A stretch of 64,000 nucleotides of DNA from an uncultured virus (IMG/VR IMGVR_UViG_3300024258_000017) (IMGVR_UViG_3300024258_000017); one strand, 5' to 3'; counted from the stretch's first letter, positions 38,407-48,396 are shown. The notes: generated by a model from the letters alone, not told the origin. Numbers and translations are program-made.

Positions 38407-38785
38407 TTCGGTAATAGAATATTTACCAAACACGGTTATTTATGGAGCGTTGTTACTTTTTTTTGTTGATAAGATATTACAAATTCTTAAAGGCAGGGGA
38501 ATAGATTTTTCAAAGATAGGGGTTGATACCGCCGAACTGACGGACATGCTCACTACTCATATTCAAAACTCTAAGTTATTGGAAGAGCAAGTTCAGGAAA
38601 TGTATAAGTGGCACAATGTAGATGATCCAAGCAACCCGGGCGTTAAAATATGGTGGCAGAATCAACAGGTCGCTAAAACATTGGTTGAACTTTCAGTAGG
38701 AATTGGTAAACTCGTAGAATTACTTTCAGCCGTGTCTCAATATCAGAAAGATATTCGAAGAGAGATTTCTAACTTAAAAGAATAA
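38387..38785 (+). CDS. single-TM coiled-coil protein (holin/antiholin-like)
   Basis: N-terminal hydrophobic helix then coiled coil; lysis context. Confidence 0.5.
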   Translation: MDSELLDSVIEYLPNTVIYGALLLFFVDKILQILKGRGIDFSKIGVDTAELTDMLTTHIQNSKLLEEQVQEMYKWHNVDDPSNPGVKIWWQNQQVAKTLVELSVGIGKLVELLSAVSQYQKDIRREISNLKE

Positions 38786-38801
38786 AATGAGGTATTAAAA
38801 A

Positions 38802-39125
38802 ATGGAATGGATTTTAGCAAAATTAGGGCTTCAGGTTGGTGCATGGGCTGGGTATTCAGTCTTAGGTATTGTTGTAGCCTATGGATTTAAAAAGATTCCG
38901 AATAATTGGCTGAGAGCAGTGTTTGGAAAGTTTATGCTTGGAGCCGGAGTTTTTGTAACCCTTGGATTATCTAAGTATAAGTACACTAAAAAGTTTTGGA
39001 AAAAAACGATTGAGCCATGGTTTATTGATTTCCTTGATAATGTCTGGATATATGGATGGAAACAATTCAGAGTTGGATTGAGATCAGACGATGGTGATGA
39101 AGAAGAAAAGGAAAAGAAAGACTAA
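38802..39125 (+). CDS. two-TM membrane protein (putative holin)
   Basis: Two hydrophobic segments and charged C-terminus. Confidence 0.5.
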   Translation: MEWILAKLGLQVGAWAGYSVLGIVVAYGFKKIPNNWLRAVFGKFMLGAGVFVTLGLSKYKYTKKFWKKTIEPWFIDFLDNVWIYGWKQFRVGLRSDDGDEEEKEKKD

Positions 39126-39128
39126 TTA

Positions 39129-39572
39129 ATGGCGACATTATTTTCAGCCCTGTATAGTAATATCCGTTCCGCCTGTGGTGATCATGGAGCGATTAAGGAT
39201 GGTTCCTTAGATTCTGGCACAGTTGAATTCCGAGATGATATGATCGATAGTGCCATACAACTTTTCCTCTACGAACTAAGTGGATATTCAGATGATGGTT
39301 CTGAAGGGATAACCCCAACAATAGCCAGCGACGAAGACAGATTAATTATAATCTATTCGGTCGCTTTAATGTTATTGCTTGGTATGGAAGACTTGACCAT
39401 CCAGACGGACATAAAGATTACCATTGGACAGGGATCGAAGGATTTAAAAATAATGAACGTCGCATCAAAATTAAAACATCTTCTTGATGTGAAAACAATA
39501 CCCATGGCAACTGATTCATCAAAGAATGCAATACGGTATTTAGCCGACAGGGTAATACAGGAGGCAACATGA
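39129..39572 (+). CDS. putative head-tail adaptor
   Basis: IRSACGD...FRDDMID pattern; size and position. Confidence 0.5.
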   Translation: MATLFSALYSNIRSACGDHGAIKDGSLDSGTVEFRDDMIDSAIQLFLYELSGYSDDGSEGITPTIASDEDRLIIIYSVALMLLLGMEDLTIQTDIKITIGQGSKDLKIMNVASKLKHLLDVKTIPMATDSSKNAIRYLADRVIQEAT

Positions 39573-39817
39573 AAACGAAAAAGTATATCATTGTTGGTGT
39601 TGATTGGATTGAAATCGGTGGTAAAAAATATTTCAAAGGGAATTTGGTTGAACTGGACGATAAAAGAGCCAACGAACCTTCTATTGCAAAATGCATCAAA
39701 TTAGCTGAGACTCCAAAAGAACCCGAGGCTCCAAAAAAGAAGTCTAAAAAGAAATCCAAAAAGATGACATCTGTAAAAATTGATTCAGAGCCAATTGAGT
39801 TGATTAAGGAGAATTAA
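39569..39817 (+). CDS. small Lys-rich virion-associated protein
   Basis: GKKYFKGNLVEL followed by a Lys-rich tail. Confidence 0.55.
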   Translation: MKTKKYIIVGVDWIEIGGKKYFKGNLVELDDKRANEPSIAKCIKLAETPKEPEAPKKKSKKKSKKMTSVKIDSEPIELIKEN

Positions 39818-40744
39818 ATGACTAAGACCAACACAGTTAAACATATAGATGAAGGATACCTTTATGCGGTATTAATGTCCGACAATGGGCATATTTCTAA
39901 ATTCTGTGTTACTGGTTCTGGGTCATCTGTAAGGAAGAGTGGTGATGTCTCATATTCTTCTGGGGAAGTATTCGTGATCCCCCGCACTTCAATTTTAGCA
40001 GAGGTTGATATCTCTGTTGGTGAAACAGGCGTGGCAGAGGCGATTCATGTTAATTTCCCAGCCGGAACACCCGCTTTCCATGCGAAAAAATCAAGTGGGT
40101 TGGCAAGTATGCCAGCCGGATATCCTTTGGTACCTTATACGACTGTAACGGCTATATTGTCTGGTGCAGAAACCACCATACCAGTTATCTCTACAAAGGG
40201 ATATTTCTCTTCTGGAACGATAACTGTTGGCGCTACAGCCTTTTCTTACACAAGTATAACCTCTACTACTTTTGTTGGCGGGACTCCTTTAGGTGTTGGT
40301 TATCCTGTTGGAACAGGCGTGACCATTCCAACAAAGAATAGTCTTGGATTAGCGGGGATGGTTTTTGATATTGTAACTGTACCGACAATTACTTCTGCAG
40401 ACCTAATTGATTATGCGACAGCTATGAGTTCACAGCCACAAGTTATTACCCGGGATGTCCGTGACAGGGGAGTCCTTAAAAGTAGAAAACGAATGTTGAA
40501 TCATGACAAGAGTTTATCTATCACTAAACTATTTCAGAATGATGATACGGCACTTATGGCTCTCATGGGAATGGATTTAGCGTTAAAATTGGAAAGACAG
40601 GATGATATGGCGGGGCTTACTACTGAAGAATTGTATTTTTTCCAAGCCTACGGGAATCGACCGGAACAATCTGAAAGCGCCGGAGATAATGATTCTGATA
40701 TCGTATGTGAATTTAATTTTCAAAGATATTGTATTATTGATTAA
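39818..40744 (+). CDS. tail-tube-like protein, paralog 1 (with inserted beta domain)
   Basis: Aligns by eye to 41706-42452 with a ~75-aa insertion. Confidence 0.6.
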   Translation: MTKTNTVKHIDEGYLYAVLMSDNGHISKFCVTGSGSSVRKSGDVSYSSGEVFVIPRTSILAEVDISVGETGVAEAIHVNFPAGTPAFHAKKSSGLASMPAGYPLVPYTTVTAILSGAETTIPVISTKGYFSSGTITVGATAFSYTSITSTTFVGGTPLGVGYPVGTGVTIPTKNSLGLAGMVFDIVTVPTITSADLIDYATAMSSQPQVITRDVRDRGVLKSRKRMLNHDKSLSITKLFQNDDTALMALMGMDLALKLERQDDMAGLTTEELYFFQAYGNRPEQSESAGDNDSDIVCEFNFQRYCIID

Positions 40745-40755
40745 GGAGTGATGAT

Positions 40756-41688
40756 ATCACTAAGACCAACACAGTTAAACATATAGATGAAGGATACCTT
40801 TATGCCGTGCTAATGTCCGATAACGGGCATATTGCCAAATTCTGTGTTACGGGGGCAGGGGTATCAGTAATTAAGTCTGGGGATGTTTCATATTCCTCTG
40901 GCGAGGTAATTGTTATCCCACGAACCCCACTATTAAGCGCAGTAAGTATTTGTGTTGGTATTACTGGTTCAAACGAACCTGTTTATGTTGAGTTCACGGC
41001 AAACACCCCAGCTTTCCATGCCAAGAAAACGAGTGGCGGTACCTTAGATTCTATACCGGCTACATATCCGAGGATTCCATACACGACCGTATCTGTAGGA
41101 TTAGCTGGATCAGAAACAACCATCAATGTCGTATCAACAAAGGGGTTCCCGTCGTCAGGTACAATTATAGTTGGTGTAACATCATTTACTTATACGAGTA
41201 TAACCACAACCAGTTTTATAGGTGGAAGTCCAATTGGTGGCGGGGCGCAAGGAATTGGTACCGCAGTCAAGAAGTCTGATGCAAACCTTGGGGCAGAAGG
41301 AATGGTTTTTGATATTATGACTATTCCGACGATTATATCTTCAAATCTAATTGGTTATGTGACAGCAATGAGTTCACAACCACAAATAATTAGCAGAGAC
41401 ATCCGACATAGGGGAGTCCTTAAAAGTAGAAAACGAATGTTGAATCATGACAAGAGTTTATCTATCACTAAACTATTTCAGAACGATGACATGGCGCTGA
41501 TGGACCTCATGGGGAGAGACGTGGCGTTAAAATTGGAAAGACAGGATGATATGGCGGGGCTTACTACGGAAGAATTATATTTTTTCCAAGCCTACGGGAA
41601 TCGACCGGCACAGTCTGAAAGCGCCGGAGATAATGATTCTGATATCGTATGTGAATTTAATTTCCAAAGATTTTGTATTATTGATTAA
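40756..41688 (+). CDS. tail-tube-like protein, paralog 2 (probable ATC start)
   Basis: Near-duplicate of paralog 1; identity extends upstream of the ORF-track start at 40807. Confidence 0.6.
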   Translation: MTKTNTVKHIDEGYLYAVLMSDNGHIAKFCVTGAGVSVIKSGDVSYSSGEVIVIPRTPLLSAVSICVGITGSNEPVYVEFTANTPAFHAKKTSGGTLDSIPATYPRIPYTTVSVGLAGSETTINVVSTKGFPSSGTIIVGVTSFTYTSITTTSFIGGSPIGGGAQGIGTAVKKSDANLGAEGMVFDIMTIPTIISSNLIGYVTAMSSQPQIISRDIRHRGVLKSRKRMLNHDKSLSITKLFQNDDMALMDLMGRDVALKLERQDDMAGLTTEELYFFQAYGNRPAQSESAGDNDSDIVCEFNFQRFCIID

Positions 41689-41705
41689 ATAAGGAGTGAA
41701 TAAAA

Positions 41706-42452
41706 ATGCCAAGATCAACAACGGTAAAAAGTTTCGAAGAAGCCAATCTGAAAATAATGGAAATGTTATTGTCTGGGGCTGAATCGGATGGATTATATGA
41801 AACACTAAAAGTCACAGATGCGAGTCAAAACAGAACGCTTGTAGCTGGAACGGTTGAATCAACCCCATCGTCTGGGTTGGTTTTAGTTATCCCAAAGGTA
41901 GCAATTTTATCTGATGTAACTCTCGATTTAGATGGTACCACTACGGTTGCCTTTACCGCACCACATCCAGCAGGACTGGCAAAGGCTGTAACAATTATTA
42001 CAGGCTTGGCATCGACGGTTTCTTCAGGTGGTGTCGCAGGGCAAGTATTCGATATGATGAAAGTCTATGATCTGAGTGCTGTAACCGCCGAGAAGTTTAC
42101 TCAGAATATGTCCGGTGCTACACCCGTGCTTTCAAGAGAGGTTAGGGATAAAGGAACATTAAATCATCGTAAAGTTATGGCAAATGTCGAGAGGACGATT
42201 AGTGTCAATCAGTTGTTTACGAATTTCGATAATGGTCTTGCAAAATACGCACAGATACCATCGGTAATTGCAGTCATTCGAGAGGATGATCAGGCTGGAC
42301 TTGAAACAGAAGTCGAACTATATTATCAGTGTTATTTTCAGGGTCCGCACCCGAATGAAAGTTTAGGGGATAGTGATTCTGATATGACTTATGATATTAG
42401 GTTTGAGAGATTCGCATCCGTATTAGCGTCTGAAATTACCGCTTCTATATAA
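41706..42452 (+). CDS. major tail (tube) protein candidate
   Basis: Strong AAGGAG RBS; upstream of tail chaperone; homologous to the two preceding genes. Confidence 0.6.
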   Translation: MPRSTTVKSFEEANLKIMEMLLSGAESDGLYETLKVTDASQNRTLVAGTVESTPSSGLVLVIPKVAILSDVTLDLDGTTTVAFTAPHPAGLAKAVTIITGLASTVSSGGVAGQVFDMMKVYDLSAVTAEKFTQNMSGATPVLSREVRDKGTLNHRKVMANVERTISVNQLFTNFDNGLAKYAQIPSVIAVIREDDQAGLETEVELYYQCYFQGPHPNESLGDSDSDMTYDIRFERFASVLASEITASI

Positions 42453-42467
42453 AAGCATCTCTTCATA

Positions 42468-42881
42468 ATGTCTGTTGTATTTGAGGCGGAAGATTGTACC
42501 GTTAAAATATGGGAAATGAGTGGTGACAGCAAAGGCTCAGTAGTCACTTCTGACTGGGCTTTTGCTGAAGGAATCAGGTTCACTGAGGTCCCACAAAAAA
42601 AGAAATCCCCTAATTGCGGTGTTGACCGACCACGATATACTGTGATGGGTTGGAACCGTTCCCTCTCAATCAACAGAATCCAAACTGGAAAAGCAGAAGA
42701 CATGGCGCTTGCTTTTGATACAACAAAACTATATTGGATAGAACTGTACTTCGAGGTAAATACAGGGGCGTATCAATTCGAAACCCATACATTGAAATAT
42801 TGTTTTCCCGTCAAAAGGGAATTAAGAACAGGGCAGTTAAATAATACACTAAAACAATGGGAAGTAGGGGCTTATTCCTAA
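42468..42881 (+). CDS. minimal tail-tube-like protein (distant paralog)
   Basis: RSLSINRI vs KSLSITKL / RTISVNQL. Confidence 0.45.
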   Translation: MSVVFEAEDCTVKIWEMSGDSKGSVVTSDWAFAEGIRFTEVPQKKKSPNCGVDRPRYTVMGWNRSLSINRIQTGKAEDMALAFDTTKLYWIELYFEVNTGAYQFETHTLKYCFPVKRELRTGQLNNTLKQWEVGAYS

Positions 42882-42898
42882 TCCCAATGGGGTAACAA

Positions 42899-43393
42899 AT
42901 GGCAGATAATAAGAAAACAGACAATAAGAAACCCGAGGCGATAGAACCAATCAGATTAGAGTCTTTCAACGACTGGACAAAACAGGTTAAGCAGGACATT
43001 ACTTTTGAAAGACCAAACGGAGAGTCATATATATTCACGATATTTTCTCTGGATGCAAACTTTGTTGAAAACACCACCAAAGAACATAGGAAATTATTAC
43101 CTATCAAACCAGAGAGGCGTAAACTCCCAAACGGCAAACCAGATATGGGTGATGGTTTCTACGACAATGCTGTTAAAAAATATGAACAAGCATTGACAGA
43201 GAATGAAAAGATCATGATGTATAAATATATTGTCAAGGGTTTGATTGATCCGAATGGGTGGACGTTGCCGGGTGATAATGAAAAAGAAAAAATGGAAAAC
43301 TTAAACAGAGTTGTTGCTGGTGATCTCAGTAAACTATTTTTTGCAATTTCTAAACTATCAAATCTTGGCATAAATGATCTAACTTTTTTTTAG
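42899..43393 (+). CDS. tail assembly chaperone (gpG-like)
   Basis: Ends at slippery T TTT TTT immediately before TAG. Confidence 0.75.
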   Translation: MADNKKTDNKKPEAIEPIRLESFNDWTKQVKQDITFERPNGESYIFTIFSLDANFVENTTKEHRKLLPIKPERRKLPNGKPDMGDGFYDNAVKKYEQALTENEKIMMYKYIVKGLIDPNGWTLPGDNEKEKMENLNRVVAGDLSKLFFAISKLSNLGINDLTFF

Positions 43394-43617
43394 AAAGGCT
43401 CCGACCAAGAGAATTAGAGGGTTGGGAGCCTGAAGAACAAAAGGGAGCGGTGAGCGTTTCCTTTAGATATCTCGAATTGAAGACAGCAATGCTTTTTGGA
43501 AAACTCCCCCATGAGTGGGATCGAATTGATAAGGGGAGCAGAGCCGAGGCGATTGCCTTTGTGAAAACAAAAGAAGAAGTTGAACAATACCAGTATGATG
43601 AAGGTAAAAATAAATGA
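43384..43617 (+). CDS. -1 frameshift extension of tail chaperone (gpGT-like)
   Basis: The -1 frame from 43390 is open for 75 codons (LERLRP...GKLPHEWDRI...GKNK) and ends in an ATGA overlap with the next gene. Confidence 0.75.
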   Translation, partial: FFLERLRPRELEGWEPEEQKGAVSVSFRYLELKTAMLFGKLPHEWDRIDKGSRAEAIAFVKTKEEVEQYQYDEGKNK

Positions 43618-44258
43618 TAACACTGGATCGAATAGCAAGAACAATTAAGAGGGCTATAAATTCCAACTCTGGAAATCAATTCAGGGTTGAATGGAGTGAT
43701 CGAACCGGTGGAACAGCTAAGACGGCATGGGGGATTAGTGAAGGTGGCACATTAACATCCCAGCATAGAGATATAAAAGGATTTATTGTGAAATACAAGG
43801 GTCCAGCAATTCTGACTGAAGGCAGAAATCTTTATAAACATGCTCCCAAAATAATCATATTGGACATAGAAGAAAATTTATCCAACAAAGAGAACTTCTC
43901 TGTATTCCAAAAAATAAAAAACTTCAGCTATTCTGGTGTAGGTGCTTTCATTGGGGATGATTTCGCTCCAACGGTTGATCCTGAGTGGACGGTAAACCAA
44001 TGGAAGAATTATTATTTTATGTCAGGAGAAACAAGATATATAATTGATTCAAATTCTGATGTACTGGTTGCGTGTGATACAAAGGGTGAAACCCCACCAG
44101 TTGGGGCTATCACAGGAGAATTATTATCATTGGCTCCATGGTATCCAACATTTAATGTCCCGCTCATAGGTTCCTTTATGTCCTTGCCATGGGCAGAGGG
44201 GCTTCCATTCCAAGCGATCCTATGTACTTCAATCCCATACAAGGGTGATCAAGTATAA
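43614..44258 (+). CDS. putative head-closure protein with inserted beta module
   Basis: Position; contains DPEWTVNQWKNY module shared with tail-tip proteins. Confidence 0.45.
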   Translation: MITLDRIARTIKRAINSNSGNQFRVEWSDRTGGTAKTAWGISEGGTLTSQHRDIKGFIVKYKGPAILTEGRNLYKHAPKIIILDIEENLSNKENFSVFQKIKNFSYSGVGAFIGDDFAPTVDPEWTVNQWKNYYFMSGETRYIIDSNSDVLVACDTKGETPPVGAITGELLSLAPWYPTFNVPLIGSFMSLPWAEGLPFQAILCTSIPYKGDQV

Positions 44259-44746
44259 TGCAAATTGTTACAAATGCAACTGCCGTAGCGAAAAGATTCG
44301 GGGAGAGGTCATTACAATTAAATACTTTGGCTAATAATTTCTATTCAAAGAAAAAAAATACATATCAGGTTATTGCCAAGGGGATTGTATTTAGAGATGT
44401 ATATCATGTCGGAAGTAAAAATCACACACCGACATTTAACTTACTTAATTCTGTTGACACAATTAAAATATCAGAAGGAACTTTCCATGGATTAAAAATA
44501 TTTATTAATCCAATGAAAGTCCCGGGAAATCTACACAGTCAATGGTATAAGGGAAAGGCAACCGGAGCGCAAAATAAATTTAAATATTATCCATCCTATG
44601 TTGTCAGGGGTATCTTTTTCAAGGTTAAGCACGTCATTCATGGTCGTCCGTTCGTAATAAATTGGAGATTCCAAATTGGGGGATTATTCCTAAAAGAATT
44701 TCGTAAAGAAGTTGTACAGAAAGCGTTAAGATTAGGTATTAAATAG
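44258..44746 (+). CDS. HK97 gp10-like tail completion protein
   Basis: TFNLLNSV, YPSYV..G, GRPF. Confidence 0.5.
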   Translation: MQIVTNATAVAKRFGERSLQLNTLANNFYSKKKNTYQVIAKGIVFRDVYHVGSKNHTPTFNLLNSVDTIKISEGTFHGLKIFINPMKVPGNLHSQWYKGKATGAQNKFKYYPSYVVRGIFFKVKHVIHGRPFVINWRFQIGGLFLKEFRKEVVQKALRLGIK

Positions 44747-44749
44747 ATT

Positions 44750-45238
44750 ATGGCAATAACAACCTCGTTTAATAACAATAAAATTATAGAGACATTAACT
44801 GATATTTTTTATGAGTGGTTTATAGACACTAATTGTTTTAAGTCTGGGAATAGTGCCGTCGCAATAATAAGACCATACAGTACAATATCAGCAGAGAAGG
44901 ATGGCAATGATATTATTGGTGAATATGCTGTTGTATCCAACACTGAAGAGGTTTCGACCGGTGCTGGTTTAAATGGTAGCCAATCTCGATTTAAACTATT
45001 ACAATGTTTTCTCACATTAAAGGTAGCAAAGTCGAATGACGAGGTGGGCAGAACCAACGAACTAAAATTAATCCAAGCATGTGATACCTTTATGGCTTTC
45101 TTAAAAATTTCCCTCGGCATTCCTGCGCTACAGACAGCACTCTTGAAACGAGTTAAGATCGATGGTCCTTCTGAATTATCTGACGAAATATATTATGCAA
45201 AAAGTTTTATAATAACCTTCAGGGTGGAGACAGCATGA
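44750..45238 (+). CDS. putative tail terminator
   Basis: Size and position. Confidence 0.4.
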   Translation: MAITTSFNNNKIIETLTDIFYEWFIDTNCFKSGNSAVAIIRPYSTISAEKDGNDIIGEYAVVSNTEEVSTGAGLNGSQSRFKLLQCFLTLKVAKSNDEVGRTNELKLIQACDTFMAFLKISLGIPALQTALLKRVKIDGPSELSDEIYYAKSFIITFRVETA

Positions 45239-47928
45239 GCCAGAGAGTGAATGAGGAATTACTTTTAAAGGTCATATCTGACACCAAAAAAGCGGAACGT
45301 GATCTTGGTAATCTACAATCTGTTACAGACAAATTATCTGATTCAGTATCACAGCAAACCAGAGTTTATGATGACAACAAGGGTACTATTACTGAGGTCA
45401 CTGACAAGGTAAAACATCTTGAAGATGAAGAGGGGAATCTAACAACAAAAGAAGAACAGCTTACCAAAACAACAAAACAGATGGAACGTGGCTTCCTTGG
45501 TCTTGGTGAGAGTTTAGAGCATACTACTAAAAAGGTTGTGCTTTGGGGAGTGTCCACCGGAATAGTTTATACTGTAGTCAACAGTTTGCAGGATTTAATT
45601 AATGAGTTTTTAGAAGTAGAACACAGTATGGCGAGGGTTGCGACGGTTACACGTCCAGCGACAAGCGAATTAGTAACCATGGAAGCGGTGATGAAGAAAA
45701 TGCGAACTGAAGCACTTATTCTTGGAACACAGGTACCGCAGGAATTGGGGAAGATAGCTGAAAGTTTATATTTACTTGGTTCTGCAGGACTCGAAGTTGA
45801 TGAACAGCTTGCCGGGTTTGAGCCAATAGCCAAACTTTCTGTAGCAACAAGGGGTGATCTTGGTACAATATCAAAAACAGTTGCGGGGATTGTTAATAAT
45901 TTTGAAGATGATCTTTCCAGATTTACTGGAATAGAAGAAAAATTTGGGTATGTTTCTGATTTAATTTCCAAAACATTTAGTGAGCAACAGGTAGAACTAC
46001 ATGAAATATCTGGTGCGTTTCAATTAGCAGGTTCCGCCGCCGGATTACTTGATATAAACCTTCAAGAATTAATGGGAACGATAGGATTTTTAAACACGGG
46101 TATGTTAAAAGGTACTCGTGCTGGTACAGCATTATTAAACGCTATGATAAAGATGGGTCAAAAATCAGACAAGTTGAGGGAATCTTTCGGCGTTGTTATT
46201 GATCCAAATAAACCATTGTCTTTCATTGATGTATTACAACAACTCCATGATAAAATAGGTCCAATTATTGATAGACAAGCTATCATGACAGAATTATGGT
46301 CTGTTTTTGGGATAAGAGGTGGTCGTGCGGTAGCGTTAATATTAAAACAATGGGACAAATATAAGGACTCAATTGAATCACTTGATGAAAGTAAAATTTC
46401 TGGATTTACTGATAAATTAGAAGAGTTGGCATCGGATACCCTGAGAAGTAGATTGGTTGAAACAAAAAACATATTGTTTGCAATATTAAATCTTCCAACA
46501 GAGGGGAAAGGTCTTAGCAAACTTGGTGATTTCATTGAGAAGATTAATAGTTCATTATCAGAAGAAATAAAATTAATGGCAAAAATGGAGGAACTTAGAA
46601 AATTTGGACTATCGGTAGAAGAAATTAAAGGGTTTGGGAAAGATGGAAGTAAACCATTCGCAAACCTTAATGTGCCGGGTGTTATTTCTGGTCAAGTTAA
46701 AAGACCCCCCATAACACCATCCTTGGGAGGGCTTCCCTTTCCATTCAAAACCGGACCGTCTGGTGATAAAGATGCAGTAAAAGATTCTGAAGAAATAATA
46801 TTTATAGCAAAAACGATTAATGAATTAGCCAAAGAATATAATGATTTACTGGTTGATAGGACTGCATTAACAGACCCGATAGTAGCCAAACAAATGGAAA
46901 TTGATCAATGGTTAAAATCTCATAATGTGTCTGTAAGCGAGGCGACACAACTGTCAATAGCAAATGCTAAAAGCGCCGGTGAGGTTGAAGATATCATGAT
47001 GTCTATTGGTAAACAATTAATGGATCAGGGAAGTAATGCTGGGGAGGTTGTTGATTTATATAAAATGATTAACGCTCTTGTAGTTCAAAGAAAACATGAT
47101 GAAATGAGTCAAGAAAAAATTGACGAACGCAGTGCGGATGCGCTACAAAAAGAATTAGAACGTCTGGAAGCAACCGGATTAAAAATGGAAGATCAGTTGG
47201 CATTACAGATGGCTATATCCGAAGGGAGGACTCAGTTAGAATTCCTTTATCAGAAAGAGTTTGAGATAAGTTCTAAAATTCGTGATCTTGGTGATGAAGA
47301 ATTACTTGATATGGATGGGAAGGTAGCACGTCAAGAGTTAATAAATCAATTAATGAAAATACTTTTGACTATCAGAAAAGAAGAGCAGAAGATAGATGAC
47401 AAAGAAGAAAAAACAAGTGGCAAATTTCAGAAATCAATCAGCGAGGCTATTAAAGATAGTATCTTTAGTAATATAAAAAACCCAGATACCGAAGCATGGA
47501 GGGCGTTAGGGTTTAAAATGGGTGACATCATAGGATCGACCGCCTCTGATATGATAGTAAAACATCTCAAGTCAAAGGAAATTGGTAATCTTGCCACCTC
47601 TATATTATCCGGCTTTGGTGGCGGTCTTCTATCCTTTGGGGTTGGTCTTATTACTGATGCATTATTCCCAACTAAAAAAAACGATGAAGAGGAAGCTGTT
47701 GAGGAAAATACTCGGGCGCTTACCGAATTAAATTTATCTATCAGGACACTAAATGAAAACTTTATAAATGCGCCATCCACATTTGCTTTGGGTCAGACCA
47801 GTGGAGGCGGGGCAGTGTTTACACAAAATCCAAACATAGCCGGAGGGTCCGGTGGGGTGGACACGCTTTCATCTCAAATAAATGATGGATATAATAGTGG
47901 TTCTGAATATAATACGAGGTTCATATAA
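45235..47928 (+). CDS. tape measure protein (TP901 family core)
   Basis: EHSMARVATV, LYLLGSAG, GMLKGTRAGTAL, FGIRG. Confidence 0.9.
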   Translation: MSQRVNEELLLKVISDTKKAERDLGNLQSVTDKLSDSVSQQTRVYDDNKGTITEVTDKVKHLEDEEGNLTTKEEQLTKTTKQMERGFLGLGESLEHTTKKVVLWGVSTGIVYTVVNSLQDLINEFLEVEHSMARVATVTRPATSELVTMEAVMKKMRTEALILGTQVPQELGKIAESLYLLGSAGLEVDEQLAGFEPIAKLSVATRGDLGTISKTVAGIVNNFEDDLSRFTGIEEKFGYVSDLISKTFSEQQVELHEISGAFQLAGSAAGLLDINLQELMGTIGFLNTGMLKGTRAGTALLNAMIKMGQKSDKLRESFGVVIDPNKPLSFIDVLQQLHDKIGPIIDRQAIMTELWSVFGIRGGRAVALILKQWDKYKDSIESLDESKISGFTDKLEELASDTLRSRLVETKNILFAILNLPTEGKGLSKLGDFIEKINSSLSEEIKLMAKMEELRKFGLSVEEIKGFGKDGSKPFANLNVPGVISGQVKRPPITPSLGGLPFPFKTGPSGDKDAVKDSEEIIFIAKTINELAKEYNDLLVDRTALTDPIVAKQMEIDQWLKSHNVSVSEATQLSIANAKSAGEVEDIMMSIGKQLMDQGSNAGEVVDLYKMINALVVQRKHDEMSQEKIDERSADALQKELERLEATGLKMEDQLALQMAISEGRTQLEFLYQKEFEISSKIRDLGDEELLDMDGKVARQELINQLMKILLTIRKEEQKIDDKEEKTSGKFQKSISEAIKDSIFSNIKNPDTEAWRALGFKMGDIIGSTASDMIVKHLKSKEIGNLATSILSGFGGGLLSFGVGLITDALFPTKKNDEEEAVEENTRALTELNLSIRTLNENFINAPSTFALGQTSGGGAVFTQNPNIAGGSGGVDTLSSQINDGYNSGSEYNTRFI

Positions 47929-48396
47929 ATGCCTGACAATAGATTATTAGTATCAGATGATACCGCAGGAGTAGTCAATAATGTTACATGTCCTTTTTAT
48001 CCAAGTAACGTATTAATTGGGGCTGATTTAGTTGTAAACCACATCCCATCACTTGATGGCATTGGTGTCATACAGCAATCATCAAATGATTCAAGAGCCT
48101 TTGTATTGGAATTTGACAGTATGTTGAAGTCGGATTCTGAAAGTGAACTCCCTGACTCATTAACTTCTGTGAAGGTAGCAGAGATATTCAAGTCAAGACT
48201 ATATACAAAAAGAGGTATAGATATTTATATTCAACCCAACGGGACCCCCAATGGAGGATATTGTTTGCCGGACAACCCTACTTCTGGCGACGAGATACAA
48301 TTCAGGGTTATTGATGTACAGGAGTGGAAAAACTTTATTCCGAATAGCGCAGAGGAAGTTACTTACAAAATTATAGTCAGGTTAATTAAAGTATAA
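47929..48396 (+). CDS. putative distal tail protein
   Basis: Immediately after TMP. Confidence 0.45.
   Translation: MPDNRLLVSDDTAGVVNNVTCPFYPSNVLIGADLVVNHIPSLDGIGVIQQSSNDSRAFVLEFDSMLKSDSESELPDSLTSVKVAEIFKSRLYTKRGIDIYIQPNGTPNGGYCLPDNPTSGDEIQFRVIDVQEWKNFIPNSAEEVTYKIIVRLIKV

Noticed and set aside
39818..41688. Diversity-generating retroelement TR/VR pair
   Set aside because: No reverse transcriptase in the window; differences are not adenine-specific and both copies are full ORFs
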